A DNA stretch of 64,000 bases, taken from contig JARDVH010000110.1 of the NCBI GenBank assembly GCA_030324005.1, positions 41,947,373 through 42,011,372 on the forward strand. The letters are read 5' to 3'. Positions 37,375-49,447 of this stretch are shown piece by piece. Position numbers and translations under genes: made by a program. Source of the stretch: Negaprion brevirostris (lineage: Eukaryota). The stretch's first letter is position 1. Every line of letters begins with the position of its first letter. Under the pieces are notes generated by a model that was not told the origin of the DNA, ran no database searches, and was given only the letters and a program-made list of their open reading frames with translations.

Positions 37375-37640
37375 GTTTATTTATTTTTGTTATATACAGA
37401 CTTACGTTAACACTGCAGTGAAGTTACTGTTAAAATCCCCTAGTCACCACACGCCGCTGCCTGTTCGGGTATACTGAGGAAGAATTTAGCATAGCCAATG
37501 CATCTAACCAGCACATCTTGCGGATTGTAGGAGAAAACCCATACAGACATGAGTAAAATGTGCGGAGTCTGCACAGACAGTGACCCAAGCCAGGAACTGA
37601 ACCCAGGTCCCTGGTGCTAACCACTGTGCCATCGTGCCAC
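37375..37640 (-). mobile_element. HE1/V-SINE
   Basis: Reverse complement of GGCACGATGGCACAGTGGTTAGCACCAGGGACCTGGGTTCAG, with the same tail as 22745-22990 and 49160-49447. Confidence 0.8.
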
Positions 37641-38399
37641 TCAAAGTACTTAATTGGCTGTAAAGTGCTTTGGGATGTCTTCAGTTGTGAAAAGCAATAT
37701 ATTAATAGAGGTTTTTCTTTTCCTTTCTTCCAATCCTAATATATAAATCAGTAGTTTACTACTAACATAAGTAGTTTTTTTATAGTATACATTGTAGCAA
37801 TACCTTTAGTATGTTATTCAATAGCAGGAAATAATACAACATAACCAACTGACGTCAGAAGGCTGATGATCATCAAATAAATTCTCCTACTGATATTAGT
37901 GGTTACCCTCATCAAATACTGTCTCCCTCATCTTTCAAAATTGTTGTCATTACACTTCACATAAAAAAACACCAACCTTGCTCCTTCTATACTTGCAAAT
38001 GACTACACCATCTCTAATTCCACATTGTAATGGTGGTGTAATGGTAATGTTACTGGACTAATTATCCTGAAGCCCAGGCTAATATTCTGCCAAAGTAAGT
38101 TCAAATCACACCATGATATTGTCCCCACGCTAACATGCTGGGGACAAAGGTTCAAAATTCCACACATAGCTGGTGGAATTTATATTGAATTAATATAATG
38201 CAGGTTTCTGTGGTCCAGTGGATATAACATTCAGGACAGGGCAGAAGCATTTTATCACAAAAAATTAGCATTTTAACTTTGTTTTGATTAATTTTAACCT
38301 TTTTAAAAATTCATTTACAGCTCAAGAAGTCAATTGGAAATCAATTTCACATTTATCATTATTTGGGTCAAATACATCCATAGTATAGTGTCATGAACT

Positions 38400-39012
38400 C
38401 ATTAAGGCAAATGGAATTTTGGTGTTTATTGCAAGTGGAAAGGAATATAAAAGTAGAGAAGTTTTAAAGGAGCTGTATAAGGCCTTGGTGAGACTATATT
38501 TGAGGTGTGTACAGTTTTAATTTCTTTATTTGGAAAAATATATAATTTCAATAGAAGCAGTACAGATAAAGTTCACTTGACTCATTCCTGGAATGAAGGA
38601 TTTATCCTATGAAGAAAGGCTGAACAGGATGGGCCTATAGGCATTAGAATTTAAAAGAATAAGAAGTGAGCTTATTGAAACAGAAGATCCTGAGGGAATT
38701 TGATAGGGTGGACACGAGGGCGGTGTTTCATCTTGTGCCAGAAACCAGAACTAGGAGGACGCAGTTTAAAAATAAGAGGTCTCCCTGTTGACGCAGAATT
38801 TTAATCTGAGGATAATTAGTATGTGGAGTTCTCTTCCCCTGGAAGCTGGGTCATTGAATATTTTCACACAGAATTAGCCTTTTGATAGACAATGGAGTCA
38901 AGGATTATGTGGGGAAGACATCAAAATGGAGCTGAGACCACAACCAGTTCAACCATGATCTTACTGAATCGTAGAGCAGGCTTGAAGGGCCTAATGGCCT
39001 GTTCCTATGTTT
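38400..39012 (+). mobile_element. CR1 LINE 3' fragment
   Basis: KANGILVFI...LYKALVRLYL...SYEERLNRMGL motifs and a CCTATGTT tail. Confidence 0.75.
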
Positions 39013-40707
39013 CAATGTTCCAAAGTCCCTGAACATCCTGTCACCTTCCAAATCCCAACATATCTATCCCACAACTTTATGTTAAAATTTTTCCAAACAT
39101 CTACCAAACAAAATAACTACCATTGATATGAAAACGTGCAACAACTTATGTTAATATGCAATTGTTCATGTTACTCTTGGTCACAGTTTTCTCTCCCTAT
39201 CATCATCATCAAGTGACTTGTTCTGAAAAATCTTTACGTATAGGTATTAAGTTATCATGTAATGTTGACCACATCATCTCATAAATCAGGAGAAAATCTC
39301 TTAAAAATCAAGTATTTAGTATAAAAAAACATGAGCACTATTTTCTCAATTTGACAATTATTTGTAAATCTCATGAGTGGTTTATTTAATCTCTGACAGG
39401 TCATATGAAACTACACCCAGTCTTGCAGTTTGCCAATGGTTATAAAAGCAGACCCAGAGTCTGGTGCTCAAAGATCCTTGATCTCCAACAGTCCTCATTC
39501 CAATTAGTTCCTGCTTCCATTACAAATTAAGGCTGATTAACATTCTCATTAGGAAGGAAATCAAGTTTCATGCCTTTAAATTTGTTAGTTCTGCCGTTTT
39601 GATCATTGGAAGTGTGAATTCTGTGTACTAGTTCCCTAGATTAACATTTCTAAAACTGTCTCAGTTATCCTCTCAGCTGATTTGTAGACACAAATTTTCA
39701 TGGACTTGCGATTCTACTACTGGGATATAGTCAGATTTTACAGTGTAAACACTGGAAACGAAAGGCCAAGTATCTTGAGAACTGCAAGAGCATTAAATAT
39801 AAAAGCACTTATAATTATACTAGGCCTTCAGTGCTACTGAGTTTCCACATAATGAGTCACTTACATAAAATGTCATCAATGGTGCTCAGCCTAGCAATGT
39901 GGGCCATCTTAGTGACAGAAAGCCATACAAGTAGATAGAAGTAACATAGATACGGCTATGCTTTAGTATTTAACCCTCTGGATGCTAAAATAATTATTTT
40001 CCTTGCACTCAAAAATATTTTGGTAGGAAAATCATATTCAGTATATTATTATTTTAAATTATAAGAAATGGAATCAAATTAAGTGAATTTCAAATCAATT
40101 ATAAATCAATCCATACCATAAAATATTCTATTTCTTTACCTAACATGAATGTAATAGGAGCCTTCATATTATGCAACAGTGTAGCAAAATTTATAAGCTA
40201 TCTGGTCATTGTCAAGCTGCAACTGTTAATATGATTAATGTATGCTGTGCCTTTACCAAAAGTGGGATACTTACCTCTTTAAATGAGATGAGTGATGTTT
40301 TCTAGGAAACAGTTGGAGGCTAAATACAAAATTTAAAAAAAACAGCAGCACCTTTGGGTCTCTGCAAGAGATCAACAGACAGTGTTGCAACCCAGTCGCA
40401 ATCTGATACCCCAAGCAGCAAGCAAAAGGAAAATGTTGGAAAATGCTTTTCAATTTAAAGACGCTCAAAGTTAAATCCTACCTGAAAACAATAATTCATA
40501 TTTGTGCAAGTAGAAAATTAGTTCTCGAATTACATAGTAGCCTGTGAAAAATCCCAAGACTTTAAAACCCTCCAAGAGGAGTTTACTTTTAGTAAGAAAT
40601 TGTGTCTCTCCTGATAAGATCATAAGAGTTGGCAGCCCTGAGTGTTAGAACAGGTCCCAATGTAATGCCGTACAAAGTTGAACAGATCATTGCTGTTCAT
40701 CATCAAG

Positions 40708-40933
40708 GTAAGAAGTCTCAACACCAAGTCAAAGTCCAACAGGTTTATTTGGTAGCAAAAGCCACTAGCTTTCGGAGCGCTTGCTGCCCCTTCATCAGGA
40801 CTCACTTGACAAAGGGGCAACGAGTGCTCCAAAAGCTAGTGGCTTTTGCTACCAAATAAATGTGTTGGACTTTAACCTGGTGTTGTGAGACTTCTTATTG
40901 TGTTTACCCCAGTCCAACGCCAGAATCTCCACA
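40708..40933. mobile_element. Fold-back mini-element of inverted Penelope terminal repeats
   Basis: Arms of ~90 bp are reverse complements. Direct repeat TCATCATCAAG at 40697-40707 and 40934-40944. Confidence 0.8.
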
Positions 40934-41420
40934 TCATCATCAAGATGAACATACAAAGACTGCTTTGGAGTGCTGATGGTGCCTAGCAAACTGTATTATA
41001 GCAAGAATCAGTGTCATTGAGGTGAGAAAATATATTGTGTGTCGTCTTGGTTCAGCTGACAACATTCTCGTATCTGAATCAGTAAGTCGTGCGTTCCAGC
41101 CTCACTGTGTACTTCAATGTAAAATCTAGGCCAACCTGTTAGTGTAATACTGAGGCTGTACAACACTGTCAGAGGTTCTTCTTTTACTTTATGTATTAAA
41201 TTAAGAACTCATCTGCCTCTGAATTGTTGGCTGTGAATTGGCTTTGTCAGATCTCAGTCATGGAAGATGCTGAATGATGACAAGAGTATACGTTTGTTAT
41301 TGGAGATTTTATTGTTACAGCTTTCAGCGTCTGAATGCATTAAGCACATTTTTAAGTAGGTTGTTTGAATGGCCTCATGGATAAAGGCACTACACGTAGA
41401 ATCAAATTCATACTGATCAC

Positions 41421-41584
41421 TAAAAGCAAAATACTATGAATGCCAGAATTCTGAAATAAAAACAGAAAATGCTATTCGTGCTGATTCTTCAGAAGAGTCA
41501 TACAGACTCAAAACATTAATTTGGTTTCTCTCTCCAAAGATGCGGCCAGACCTGCTGAACTTTTCCAGCATTTTCTGTTTTTAG
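41421..41584. mobile_element. Fold-back remnant of the GAAACGTT-family Penelope terminal repeat
   Basis: AAAAACAGAAAATGCT and AGCATTTTCTGTTTTT form inverted arms. Degenerate flanking repeat TTCATA(CT/AA)GATCAC at 41407-41420 and 41585-41598. Confidence 0.6.
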
Positions 41585-44500
41585 TTCATAAAGATCACAT
41601 TTCATTCTCAATTTGTGTGCTGGCATGTGCTAAATTAAACTCATCCCTATTATATTTGGCTTTTATGCCTCTGGGGTAATATCTGCAGAAATTAACCAAG
41701 CATCGTCTTCCGTTTTCTGTCCAATGACACTTGCCACAAAGTGTTTGTGTAAGTGTCACATATGAAGAACTGGAAAGCAGCTCACAGAACAAATAGATTG
41801 AAAGGATAGACTGTGAGAATGAGGAAAAAGGGATAAGGCTGCAAATTTGTCATTTATATTCTACTGTCTCCATATTTTTCCCTGTGTGAATCCTACCAAG
41901 GTGTCAGTATACTTGAATTTAAGATTGACTCAGAGCGTAGAATTATTTACAATTGCCAGTTGGAGGTTAAAAATGCACAAATGTTAGATCTAACACAATC
42001 TTTTATTGTGAGTATAAACAAGGCCGCAGCTTCTGCAGACTGACAATGATAGTTGGAATCTGTAGTTAGGCTCCCTGTGGTGTGAATCATGACATACAAA
42101 TGAACTGGGACTAACAGTGAGCAAAGATCGGCAGTGGGAAGGATCATATTTAAGCTCCCTGCAGTGAAGTTCCTGGTGGAAATGGGGCCTATCACCAGGA
42201 TGTATTGCAAGTTAGATGGTGGTACAACTTAGACTGAAGATCCCTGCAGTGTAAACTGTAGAAGGATTGGGCTCTGAGACACAAAAATAGCATACATATG
42301 AGTGATGATACCAATCTTCTAGCAAAATAAATCTACTCATTTATCTAAGTCTGCAATAAAAATCAGTGCATCAATTTATTTTGTCAGGAAAATCAGTTAA
42401 AGTGATAAATAGTGGGTGTATATTGAAATCCTGTAAAAGCAGAACACAGCACAAAATCTTGTCCTATTTAAAAACTATCAAGCCATGATTTCACCTCCTG
42501 GGACATTTTTGATTTGTTCTGGTATGTAGGGATCACTGGCAAGTCTAAATTTGTTTTTCATACTTGCTGCTTTATGAAGGTGGTAATAAGCCTTTTCATT
42601 GAACCAATGCAATCCAATAACGTCAAATTGGATAGTGTAAGACTTTTGTTTCCATTTATTGAAGGAATAGCAATGATTTTGACTCCCGGTCACAATCCAG
42701 AAAACAATCAAGTGTGGATGTGAGCCTGCCCCTACTGACAAGTAGCTTACCAACAATTACTGCCTAGGCCCACATGATGCATTTGGTGTTGTCATACATG
42801 AATATATTTCATCTCTTCCAGAGCAGAGGCAGAATAATTAATTATCCGTTAAATTTTCTGTTAAAATATATTTTTTCCAACTTATTTATATATTGCAATC
42901 ATTGTTCTATTTCACTAGTTACAGTTATAGCTATCAAAAACATTTTAAAAGTCCAACAGATTTTCTTGAAATCTGTTGGAAAAGTAGAGGAGGTCTGAAA
43001 TGCTTGCTACTCCAGTAGAATCCTAAGAAAACAGGAGCTTCCATATCAATTCTTTTTCATTTATCTTTTTATGTTATTTATCATACTGATAGCTTTACAA
43101 ATGCAACAATTTACTGGATATCAAAAGACTTGAGGAAATATTAGCAAAATCTCCTTTGCTGTTCTGACATTGTAAACAATGTGATCAATTACATGACTAG
43201 GAAACCCAAAAGGTTTAATTTCCTTAGCTTTTGTTGCCTTTATTGAATTTGACCGACAGTTCCATTCAGCAGATCAGCATGGTGCCTGTTTACTAATGAC
43301 ATTTGCAAAACAAAGACAGTCACGGTCAAAAGTCAGTTGTTTCATCAAAACTCAGCCCATTTTTTTGTGGAAACCATCTAAAAGACTGAATCCAGAAAAA
43401 CATAGTGGGAACAAACAGCTGTAATAACAAGCAAACATGCTATGGAGAGGAAGAAGTATTACACCAAGCATGTTTGCATTATGTTTTTAAGTAGGTAGGT
43501 TAAGGTTAACTGAATGGTACTTAACACTTGCACAGCCCAGAAGTCTTCCAGACGTAGGGAACTTACCCCAATGTATGATTTGACGAGGGATCCCTATTTA
43601 GTGCCATACAAAACCCACCAAAATGAGGTCAGTTTAGTGCAATGGACACTGAACTCCAAATTCTACAAGGGAAAACATTTCCCTATTTTGAAGGCCATGA
43701 TACTCTCATGCACTGAGCTCATTCAAGGTTCAGATACTATATAAATATCATAAGACAAGCATCAGGAGACCTGCAATTTAAATAAGAACTTCATTTCAGA
43801 GGTGCTCCATACTGAGGTTTGTCAGATTTGTGAGAATTACATTTTTTGACGACTGTTTTTCACTGGCCAAACTAAATATTCTACATGATAATGAGTTTTG
43901 TTTTTTGCTTGGGTTTCTGCAGATTGACATTCTCTGGGTACCAATCTCCAACAGCAGTTATCTTGCTGCCATCATTGACTCTGCAGCTGCAAGAACAAAC
44001 CTCAGTCAACCTATAAACTGGATTGAAAGGAAAAGGAATTCTTGCAGGGGGTGGTGAAGAACAGCTGTGATGGTATCTCAGACATCTGGTACCCACTGAC
44101 AGTGGCCCAGCAGTCACTCCCATATTGGAAGACATATGTTTTTTCCATCTACAATTCACCAGGAAGCAGTCAAGTTGACTGACTACTTGTCCACTAACTT
44201 TGGAGGAAATTCTTCCTCATTGTTCAAATCACCAAAGTATTGAACTTTTATGCCACCTACTCATTTTTAAAAATGTATGCTTTCATAGGATTTGGGCATC
44301 ACTGGCTAGGCCAGCATTTGTTGCCCATCCCTAATTGCCGTTGTGAAGGTGGTGAGCAACCATCTTGAACCACAGCAGTCCAAATTGTACACCCATAATG
44401 CTGTTAGGAATGGAGTTCCAGGTTGACCCAATGCAGTGAAGGAACAGTGATATTGTTCCAAGTCAATATGGTATGTAGTTGGAAGGGAATTTCAAATCCC

Positions 44501-45113
44501 CTCTGTTGACAATTCCAGCTCAAGGAATCATTTACATGCCATTTCATCAAGCAGATCACTGCAATCTTGTTAGTCAGGACATCTCATATGTCACTTTCCT
44601 CAAAAGAGGCACCAACTTGAGAACTTGCAGCACCCCTTGTAACTGAATTATCAAAAATGTGCAGCCCATTTGACGACACATATCTAAGCATTAGATACTA
44701 GCAATTCTTTAACATATAGGAACTCCAAAAGATTTGTGTCATGCTTCAGAATTTTTTAAATCATTGTTTTTCATGACAGAAAGAATTTTGGGATTGAGTT
44801 ATGTATAAATTTTGTGTTTTAAAGCCAAGTGAGTCCTTGATAGTTTTTGAATAAACAGGCTGAACCCACTGATAAGATATATTAGAACTAAACAGGTGAG
44901 TTTGTGAGTATCACAACTGATACAATGTGAAAATTAATTGTATAATTCCAGGTCCATTGGTTGAAATAACCCCCAATCATTTTGAAAAACAACAGAACAT
45001 ATTCCCTTCAAACCCACACTGAATGGGAAAGATAAGAGGTAGCTGGTTTTATTGGCAGGCCTACTGGTGAGTCTCTTACCAGAGGAAGTCAGCATCACTG
45101 TCCAGCTGTCATT

Positions 45114-45526
45114 GTAAGAAGTCTCACAACACCAGGTTAAAGTCCAACAGGTTTATTTGGTAGCACAAGCCACAAGCTTTCAGAGCACTNNNNNNNNNNN
45201 NNNNNNNNNNNNNNNNNNNNNNNNNNNNNNNNNNNNNNNNNNNNNNNNNNNNNNNNNNNNNNNNNNNNNNNNNNNNNNNNNNNNNNNNNNNNNNNNNNNN
45301 NNNNNNNNNNNNNNNNNNNNNNNNNNNNNNNNNNNNNNNNNNNNNNNNNNNNNNNNNNNNNNNNNNNNNNNNNNNNNNNNNNNNNNNNNNNNNNNNNNNN
45401 NNNNNNNNNNNNNNNNNNNNNNNNNNNNNNNNNCAACACCAGGTTAAAGTCCAACAGGTTTATTTGGTAGCACAAGCCACAAGCTTTCAGAGCACTGCTC
45501 CTTCATCAGGGCATATAAAGACACAA
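45114..45526 (-). mobile_element. Penelope terminal repeat(s) spanning a gap
   Basis: GTAAGAAGTCTCACAACACCAGGTTAAAGTCCAAC... is the same terminus as the other copies and recurs on both sides of the N gap. Confidence 0.75.
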
Positions 45527-46304
45527 TCTCATGACTGACATGTCACTGACCAGAGGAAGTCTTAATCACATCTTAGATGCCTGGGCCAATCACAATCTGG
45601 CCCAGGCAAAGAAGTTTTAAACAAAAGATGGTGAGGTGCAGGCCTGGGGTCTACAGCTGGGAATCAAAATGCAGACGATAGGCTGTATCATGTGTTCAGA
45701 CTAAGTGGATTTGTGGTAAATTATTCTTGTGGAGACTTGGGACCACAAATGCGACAGTTAAAAGCATTGTTTCAAAGAAGGAATTTCTTTATATAAAGAA
45801 GTAATAAAGTTTAACAATAACAGTAACTCAGCAGAATAGTAACAACAGGTCACCCTCTAGCAGAAAAGCCCATCAAAGACTGCACGTGCTCAGAAGCCTC
45901 AACAGATGCCAGTAAAACAATTGCATTGGAGCAAGGCTTTTCAGAACACTGTACTCAAAATACCATTCTGTAACACGTCTCCTCTCTTACATTTCAATTC
46001 CCCATCAGGACAGAAATACAACAAAAGTAATATGAAAGTCTGTCAGGAGCTTTGTGGTTATGTTGCAACCTACACCACTCTACTGGTGAATCTTGTAATG
46101 GACGACCTTGAATTGTAGGTGAAGAGATAGCTTGAGAATCTGTACATCAACGTTCCTCTTCCATTCCTCCAGCAGAGTCAACACGCAAACCTGGAAACAC
46201 AGGAACCACTTCCCACAGCAACATTACTTTCTGCCATTTTATCTGTAACAGTTGTTAACTCTGAAATTTTTCCTGACTCTAAATCATAATGTAAACAAAC
46301 TTAC

Positions 46305-47047
46305 GCCAGAATTCTTCCAAAAAAGTTCTAAGTAGCTCACACTGGATTTTTCAATGGGAGTTCAGAGAAGAATCTCGCACACACTATGCACTGCAGAGTT
46401 CACTAACGTGTATATCATTACAAATTAGTGTCTCCACCGGAGGGGCTGAAATTGGCTTGCGCTGATCTGCTAGCACCAAGATCGGCACATATGCAATAGC
46501 CCCGCACTGCCAGCCTCCTGATTGCCAGCCAGCTCGATTGCCTACAGCACTGTGATCCTCGCAATGCTGGCCCCCACCTCCCCCCCCTCCGCCCCCTCAC
46601 CACCCATTCCTCTAGGGGAGCGGCCTGATTGTACCCCCTTTACTTCAACGGCATCAGGCTACTCGCTCCTTTAAAGTGGGGAGCTATTGTGAATCCCGCT
46701 GGAGTAAAATACTCCAGGCAAGGGCGGAGGAGGACAATAGCGGGCCCAGAGACTTCATTCCCAGCGTGGATATGATGCTGCTGGAAATCTGGCGCTGGGA
46801 GATGCTATCAGGTAGGAATGCATGCGCGAATCCTGCGCATTGGCTGCTGCGAGATTTTCCCAACCCCCTGCGTTGAAAAATTAATGCAGCGAAATTGGAG
46901 AATCATTGCCAAGACCTTGCACCATAATTTTTCGGTCCTGCCCGCCATGGAAATTGCAGCGGGCAGAGGCAGACTGTGCAAAGGTCCATTGATTTCAAAT
47001 GGGATTTCCCGGTTTTTGGAGCGTGGACAGCTGGAAAATCCCACCCT
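46305..47047. mobile_element. Two adjacent GC-rich non-autonomous DNA-transposon (MITE-like) elements (~46305-46910 and ~46918-47047)
   Basis: Imperfect terminal inverted repeats (GCCAGAATTCTTCC...GGAGAATCATTGCC; ATTTTTCGG...CTGGAAAATCCCACCC) and an abrupt GC/CpG rise. Confidence 0.45.
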
Positions 47048-47069
47048 TGGTGTCTGCAAACAACTCTTC

Positions 47070-47540
47070 CATGTTGCAAGATAAATTCTATCAAAATTAT
47101 TCCTGGTAACCACCTCTGGTTACTATCAAAGTTCCTGATCTAAACCTGATCATGTGGTGTTAATTGTCTCTCTCTGACGTGGTAGTTGTGTCCCTCCTGC
47201 TGTTTCTCTTGTCTCCTGCTCACTTTTGCTCTGAGATCTGGGTGACGCAAATACAGATGAGGCTTTGATCTTCTACCAAACAGCAATTCCACTGGAAAGA
47301 GCAAAGTTGTGGACTGTGGCGTGATACAATACGGAAATAAAAATCTTGAAAGCTTTGTACTCAGAGTTTCACCTGCCATTCTCTTCAATCTCTTCTTCTG
47401 TATTTGAACAGCTCACTCCACCAAACTATTTGAAGCCAGATGAAATGGTGCAGTATACACATGGCATATACCATTCTTCTGCATAAATTTGTGAAATAAC
47501 TTGCTTGCAAGCAGTGCACCTTTATCCAAAACACCTGTAA
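47070..47540 (-). mobile_element. Gypsy/Ty3 LTR retrotransposon integrase remnant
   Basis: DKG...FHKFMQKNGICHVYTAPFHLASNSLVE*AVQ (cf. SDNG...NGI.H..TAPYHPASNGLAERAVQ) and KLSRFLFPYCITPQSTT..PVELLFGRR. Confidence 0.8.
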
Positions 47541-49159
47541 GCATGTGACAGTGGTGAGGGAGGGTATGATGTGCAGTCCGAGGCATGGACGGGTTAATAA
47601 GGGATCCGAGGGAAGACAGAGAATGGGGTGGGGGACATGTTTGAGTAGAACGGGGAAGAGTCTGGCTTCCTGTATGTGGTGCAGTGTAGTGGGAACAGTC
47701 AGTCAAGATAAGAAAAGAGGGACCAAAGGGTAATGTCATACTGTCTCTATGCAAGTCCAACACAGGGTGTTAGTTGATAAGAGTCCTTACAGGGCTTTTA
47801 GGTCACCCTCAGTATTTCAATTATCCCCACTGAGAGTGATTTCAGACAATGTTATGGTGCATAGAAAGGAGGGCAAGCTGAACCTGTAAGTTTTCAGCCA
47901 TGTCCTACAGAGTGGTGAGCACAACACTGAACACTGATGTGAATATTCAATTAAAAGTGAACACAAAAACACAACATTTTTTCTTCCACAATAAAATGTC
48001 CCTGACTCCCGTAACCAACGTCTGCCAACCTCAAAATGTGCCAGTACATTTAGCTCTGACTAAACTAGTCCTGATAAATAATATAAATAAAAATAACAAT
48101 AGTGTACACACAAATAACGTGCAACAATTGTAATGTGAAATATTGGTGGTCACAATGAACAGCCTCCCTGTTTGTCTAGGAGGCTCTTTTGCAGTCTGTC
48201 CATAGCTGCTGCATTGTCAGCTAACAGCAGGTTTCACACTCCAAAGCTTCCCCTGCCCTGTGGTCATACCTGAGTCTCATGCTTGCTTCTAGCACCTTAG
48301 ATTTAATCATAATTGTGTGGGAATCAGCAAATGCAAGACTGTGGAAGTTGTGCCCACTTCCTGTACTGCGCCATGGTTAAAATTCTGCTATAAGAATCTG
48401 CAAAAATAGCCTACTCTTGCTCCAAATTCTTATTTTCTTTATGAGAAAGAATTGGCCCAAGGCAGTCATCTATTTAGACAGTCTGATTCATCATGACATG
48501 ATTAATATTATCAGTTGAAAGGTAACCTTCAGCTCCTACAAGAACAGATTTATGGTATTCACTGTTCTATGTTCACCCAATGTTAATTCCCTGATCAAAT
48601 ACCCTCTTTATCTGGGATTACCACAACATCTGCATTACCAGCATTATCCAACATCAACTTTCATATGTCTTTTCTGATCATTATCAAACAACCCAAGTAA
48701 GATGCAAAAATGTTTTTTTTCCCCTATTTCACATATATCTCTGCAACAATATTGGCCTCCCAGAGGCTTGCCCTTGGTGATAGGGTAGGGTGTGTATTCT
48801 CTACTAGGAGACATTTCATCAGTAGAAGTAAATACGTTTACTTCTAAGTTACTTATTGTACAAACCCCATTTCTGCTAGACTACGCGTTGTCAATGTGAG
48901 TACTTCCAGCATTTCAATACATGTCTACTCTTGTCACATATATTTTGCTTCTGCAATTCCCTAAGGAGCAGATGGGTTCTTGGTCTTAGAGATCAAGTCC
49001 ACCTGTTTCCTTTCTATCTGCCAACCATTTGCTGTGACTTGTGAATGCTAAAGGACTTGTGTGGGACAGACCCTTGAAAACTAATAAATAGTATGATTAC
49101 TATTAACAAGGACTTCTCAAGCAAATTTCCTAGCCTCTATAGTCCATATGAAAGCTTCA

Positions 49160-49447
49160 ACATGGTGGCACAGCACTACTCCCTCACCAGGGACTCAAGT
49201 TCTATTCCCAGATTGGGTCACTGTCTGTGCAGAGTTTGCACGCTCTTCCAATATATGCGTGGGTTTCCCCAGGGTGTTCCAGTTTCCTCCTACAGTCCGA
49301 AAGAAGTGCTGCTTGGTTGCATTGGCCATGCTAAATTCTCCCTCGGTGTACCTGAACCGGCGCCGGAGTTTGGCAACTAGGGGATTTTCATAGCAACTTC
49401 ATTGCAGTGTTAATGTAGGCCTACTTATGATACTAATAAATAAACTT
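49160..49447 (+). mobile_element. HE1/V-SINE
   Basis: Head CATGGTGGCACAG, V-domain GGGTCACTGTCTGTGCAGAGTTTGCACG, tail ACTAGGGGATTTTCATAGCAACTTCATTGCAGTGTTAATG...AATAAATAAAC. Confidence 0.85.

Noticed and set aside
42478-44159. Several 70-90 aa ORFs in non-repeat-looking DNA
   Set aside because: No recognisable domain, no consistent exon chain, and lengths expected by chance.
45078-45561. ACCAGAGGAAGTC repeated on both sides of the Penelope terminal repeat
   Set aside because: The copies do not abut the element ends, so this is not its TSD. It is probably an internal repeat of an older host element.
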